The notes below the pieces were generated by a model. It was not told the DNA's origin, did no database searches, and saw only the letters and a program-made list of their open reading frames with translations. From the NCBI GenBank assembly GCA_012026655.1, contig JAAILG010001228.1, forward strand, positions 1 to 64,000: a stretch of DNA of 64,000 bases, written 5' to 3'. Shown here piece after piece: positions 57,101 through 63,100 of the stretch. The stretch's first letter is position 1; every line of letters begins with the position of its first letter. This DNA comes from Hydrolagus affinis (Eukaryota). The translations under genes were made by a program, and so were the position numbers.

Positions 57101-60100
57101 ATTAATGAAAAATATCTAATTTTTTTCACAAAAATGTAATTTCCTTTAGGCTGGAGGGCAAAGCCAGGAAAGGAAGAAAATAATACGCAGAGGTGATTAT
57201 TACTCCATACAGACCTCATTGATCGTTTCTGCCCTTAAAAAGATGCTTCCTATCGGCTTAAATATGTGCACGGCTGGAGACCAAGAACTCATCTCATTGG
57301 GAAAACTGAGATACAGCATGGCAAGTTCTCTTTTTAGCTCAGTATATTTAGCTCATCTTCACGGTTTCCAGACATAAAAATAGTCTCTTATTGCTTTTGA
57401 GTATTTTGATACATTAACAAAATTCATAATTATGGAAAGGAGTTTAGTCTTTTCTTTCCTAATGTTCCTCCTATTCTTTTGGTGTTTTAAATATGGATTG
57501 CTCCATTTTTTAATGTGATAATATGTTTAAATATTTATGTATTCATTTTAAGCAGCTTTTGAACTGTATTCAGAATATTTTAATATTGCACTGGCATTCC
57601 GCAGAGATTTCAGTAACTGTGCTTCCATCCTTGGGAAGTGCCTCTGTCTTGAACCCTCACTTTCTCTTTAAATCTCACCTAAAAACCTACTTATTCATCC
57701 ACACCAATGGGTACCGGTATTTCCCTCCTACACCACCCCACTCCATTGCTTTACACCCAACACTTCCAGTGTCTTGGGATGTCCTCCAGACATGAAATGG
57801 TTCATGTAAATGCAATTTGTTGATGATGTGAAACATTTGGTGAAGGTCAGATTTTGTTTTCTGTTGTGTTAATTACAATTGTGTTATTCCTATCCACAGA
57901 AAGATACAGATGAGGAGGTTAAACAGTTCCTTGCAAATAATCTGCACCTACAGGAAAAGGTATACAAATCTGTTACCATTTTGATGCATGTTAAATCCTG
58001 CATTTCCAGATGTATTATGTTCTAGGGTTGGAAGTGATATTACACATTATGTTTAATTTTTCCTTTAATTGCTTGATGATATGCTATTCTTGTGTAACTG
58101 ATTTTTCCATCTCCCATTCAGTCTGAAGACCCAGCTGTTCGATGGCAGCTAAACCTGTACAAGAATATTACCAAACCCGAAGAATTTGTTAATCCTGAAA
58201 AGATTGTAGAGCGAGTGCAAAAGATTTCAGCCGCCGTCTACCACTTGGAACAGGTAAAATAATGTCTTGAGACATTGCTAATTGTAAAGGTACTAAAATC
58301 TGTTTAATGAGGTGTCTATTGAATAAACCAACAACCCAGTGTTTTACTGTCTCTATTCCACAGTTAATGATGTGTTTTCTTTAAGGTCGAGCAACCTTTG
58401 AGATCAAAGAAGATTGGATGGCAAAAACTCTTGTCGAAGCAACGCAAAAGAGCTGTGGTTGCCTGCTTCCGAATGGCACCATTATATAACTTGCCAAGGT
58501 AGGAGTGGTGCAATATTTTTCTTGGATTCACAAAGAAATCCAACATTGTACATGTTTTGCCCACAAAATGTATAGTCAATTCACTGTACGGTATATCCTG
58601 TGAAACGCTTTGAGACGTTGTGAAGGCATGTACCAGCAATTAGCAATTAGCGATGTACCAGCAATTATCACCTTGGTTCGTTTTAAAAACTCCAGCTAGC
58701 TTGTTTTTTAAAAAAAATTATTACAATTGCAGCTTATATATGAAAGTTTATAGTGGATGTCAGCAAACAGTAAAATTACATTTTTGGAGCACCTTTCACA
58801 TTGGGAGAACGTCCCATGGCGCTGGATATGTCTCTATTTATAGTTTATTAATTTACCGACTTGATCTTTATTGATTTAGTTTTCTTCCTTACCCACCCCC
58901 ATCTTCAAAAGCATGAAATTAACTATTCCCTATTAAAGAGGGTGAATAATCAACCCGATTCCAAGCCTTTGCCACTTGGTTAGTGCTCACTGAGAAGTAC
59001 TCAACAGGCTTGTTTAGTCATTGTGCTCCACTCCTCCTTAGAGGGTTGTGCATTAGTTTTGTTTGGCAATAAATGTGTTCCTGCTCTTCACAGCCAGGTC
59101 AATGTTAGGAACTCGTACAGAAAATTGCTTTGGAAATCCACAGCCTCTTTGTTCAATTATATTAATAGATTTGCTAACAGAGTTTATGTTAGTCTCTACA
59201 TTTTAATAAATATAATCGTGAAAATTTATTTTGCAGGTACTGCATTACACTGTACCCACATCTGTGTACTTTCAAAAACAATTCCAACAAATAATTGCTT
59301 AAACATTTAATCCAAGAATTCAATTAATTGACAAATTCTTATGTCATTAATAATGACGTAAAAAAAACTATTAAAGGAACTGTGCTATTAATTGACAATA
59401 CATTGAGGTTCCAAATCTACACCAACAAAGCTATGCTTTTGAGTTCAATGCAAAAAAAAACATTATTCGTTTTCCCTTAGACACAAAATTAACAATTACT
59501 TCCTGATCTCCTATCAACATCTTTGGCTGGAAAGTGTATATAAGAAAACTGACTTTGAGAAGCGTATTTTCTATTTGACGGTAACGTAACTATTGAAACT
59601 ACCTCCTCTCCTTTACAAACCTTGTCCTCAATAATTCCTCCACTGTGCTCCTTACACCAGTTTGTGTAATGTATCAATTGTACAGAATCTGATTGGTCAG
59701 TCTCCCCCCCCATGAGCAAAATTCTAGTTGTAACAAATGCAGAAATATTATATAAGGAAAAAGGAATGAATCTCTGTCCTGTTTAGAAGATTTTCCAGTA
59801 ACCATGTTTGTTCAGATATGATAAAGGAATTCCAAGTAGGAATAGCCATTTTTTTTTGATGATCCCATATGTGTGTGTGAAAGCTCACAAAACACATAGT
59901 CACTGCACTTCACGGTATATCTTGTGAAGCACTTTGAGACATGTTCCCAATGCAAAAAGTGCTAGATGAACATTTCTGGAGGCTGGTGTACATCACAACT
60001 AAAAACTTTCTACAACTGGAAAAGAGTCTTGTTAAGTCATTGTTCATTTTAGGATAGCATTCTTGCTTTTTGGTGTCTAAAACAACTTTCCGATTCATAT

Positions 60101-63100
60101 TGCCTTTTATTCATCATGAAAAAGTATTCTTTACCTAGATGAATGTGATCATGACAAACCTTTGACCAATCGGAGGACTGGAATTGTACAAAACGCTACT
60201 AATGGTCCTTGTCCGTTGACATAACAATGTTGTTATTAATCTACTAAAGTGTGTATCTCCTCCTTCCTTCTGATCTTCCTGTCCCCTCCAACTCCCTAGG
60301 CATCGGGGTGTTAACCTCTTTCTTCAGAGTTATCAGAAATCATGGATAGAGACAGAGGAGTACACATTTGAGGAGAAACTAATTGAGGATTTAGCTGTAA
60401 GTACTGGCCTCTGTGCACGGCTTCCGCCTCCAGCACACATGGCCATACTGCATTCTGCATTCTGTTGCCAAGCTGTCTACATCGCTTACCACTTCTATGT
60501 CTGTCAATTAGAGTAGGTTGATTGGGAGTTGGTGGGGAAGGGGAGCCCCGTTTGTCTATTCTGCTGCTGCTTTGCACTGGCCATTAAAATGAAACTAATT
60601 ATTGGCCACTGGCCCTTTTGAATGGAAAGAATTTTTCACCTGATCATTCTAGCTGATATTAGCTTCCCTTTAGCACAGTACAATATTTGAAAGATATTGC
60701 CTCTTAAGTACTTCAATGAAAAGAGCAGAAATGTTATAACCTTAGCAGTTTCCTGACAGTGGATAGCACATATGAAGATCCAGCAGTAAATACAATAGTA
60801 TGAAGTAAATCATTTACAGTTGATATTCCTAGTTTGGCTATGAAGCCGCATTGTATATCATAGATATTCAGGCATTTACATCACAGTGCAGCATATTACT
60901 AAGAATTAATTGTGATGAATGCTAACAAATGATATAGGAACGCCATCTCACATAATGGATCAGCAGGGTATGTTATAGGGTCTAAGAGAAGGGGTGGGGG
61001 ATAATGTGATGTGCTGAGCTTTCAGAGTCAAACGCAAGCAGTTCATACCAAGGTCATCCAAATACTGTACACATCATTTGAGCCTTGTAACAAGCTCTTG
61101 AGGCATCTGTTAGCTTATTCTGCAATGCAATAGAACCTCACTTTGTTGTCCCTTCAATTATTAGGAGAAATTATGACAGTACAGTATGCAGGCTGCTTTT
61201 TAGTGGGTGTAAAACTGTGGGTGATCAAAATCCCACCCTCACTATTATGGGCAAATCAAGTTAGTCTACTGACTGCCGTTGATAGTGAACTTCAATTTTA
61301 ATTTGTTTTTGAGCTGCAAATTTCACTGAAGCTGTTTATGAGTCTAGGCTGTGCTTGTATGCTTCACTATGGTTGCCGAATGTGGTGGAAATAAGTGCAC
61401 AGATTATTAGGCAATTTACAAACATCATTACTGAAAATTTGATTTGGAAGGATTATTGCATGGAATCTTAAAACAGATTTTTGAACATATCTGATAATTT
61501 ATCAGATTATGGAGGTAAATTTTATTTCATATCGCCTGGTGTTATTGGGTTATGGCAATAGAGACATTCTATCCTGGAATTTACAATGTTCAAAAGTATT
61601 ACTGTGTAATCAAAGATAATAAGGTGAGGCAAATGCTACATGGTTTAAGGATAGCATCGGTCACTACGAGTGGAGTGTAATAAATGATTCATGATGTCTG
61701 GTTTCTATGATTCCATGTTATACTTAGTGCCCCTCCTCAGATCAGATAAGTTGTAATATTGTCAACATCCACAGGCTACATTGTTCTGTCTTTCAAATAG
61801 AATGCTAAAGTTTGAAGGTGGAAATAAAAGTATGAAAATAAAAACAATACTATTTATTGACATCATTCAATTGAAAAGTTTAATTAATTAACTTGTCTTG
61901 ATCAAATGAGCCGATTGAAAAGGCCAGGTGAGTTCCTACAGTTCAGAGCATAATGCCAAAAGTAAACGAACAGTAAATTTGTTAATACAGTATATAATAA
62001 TGAAATACTTTTGTATTGGATTTGCTGAATCACACACACATTTTTCTTCTGTTAGAAAGCTTGGCAACTACATTGTGAGGCTTCATTTTGTACAGAAGTC
62101 ATTTTTGATCATTCTTCAAGGAGATAAGGTTATCAGCTTTTGAAGGTGAAAAGGAATAACATTCTGTTGTCTTTTTCACTACTTATCTGGACTCTTGTTC
62201 TTTACTCAGTACTGCTCTGTTTCATCAATTCTGCCAATTTATTATTAAACTGTGTTACATCTAACATGAGCATGCAATTCACAGATAACCTTTTCAAAAT
62301 GCATTCATTTATTCATAAGTTTAGTTAGAAATTCAATACTGAATGGTAATGCATTTACTTAAATTCACAAAGAAAACTGTTAACAATGGCAAATTCTTCA
62401 ATCTGTAAATTTGTGATGACAATTTTTTTTACCTTTTTAAACATAATGCAGGGATGTTTATTGTACTGTACTAATTATCTAAAATAAGACTAACATTAGT
62501 TTATAAGTGATACTAATGGTTTCTTAAACCTGACTTCTACTAAATGGTTATACATACTTGCATAACATTGTATTATATTGTAAAATATAATTTTAAACAT
62601 CTGAATGTATGTAGAAATCTGTTACAAAGTCAGAAGAAGAGGAAGAGAATGACAAGAAACCTGACCCGCTTCATCAGCTCATACTACACTTCAGTTGTAT
62701 TGCCCTCACTGAAAGGAGGTACTTTTATACACCATTTCATAATCTTATCCTCAACAACAACAGAATTACATTATAGAGCCCTTTCACGTCGGGAGGACGT
62801 TCCAAGGTGCCCAACAGTCAGGGGTTGGGAACTGAGCATGGGGGAGGGGCATGGTAGGGGTGAGGGGAGGTAGAGAAGTGGGAGGGCAGCTGAAGGCTGG
62901 GTCGAAAAGGAGGTTCTTGAGATCGGCCTTGAAGGAGGCAAGGGAGGAAGTGAGGCTGAGGGACTGTGGGACAGAGTTCCAGAGTGCGGGGGCAGAGAAG
63001 CTGAAAGCCTGGCCACTGATGGTCAGGCAGAGACAAGGAGCAGACTGGAGCCCGCTGAATGGAAGGAACGGTCAGGTTGGCAGGGAGTCAGCAGGTCAGA

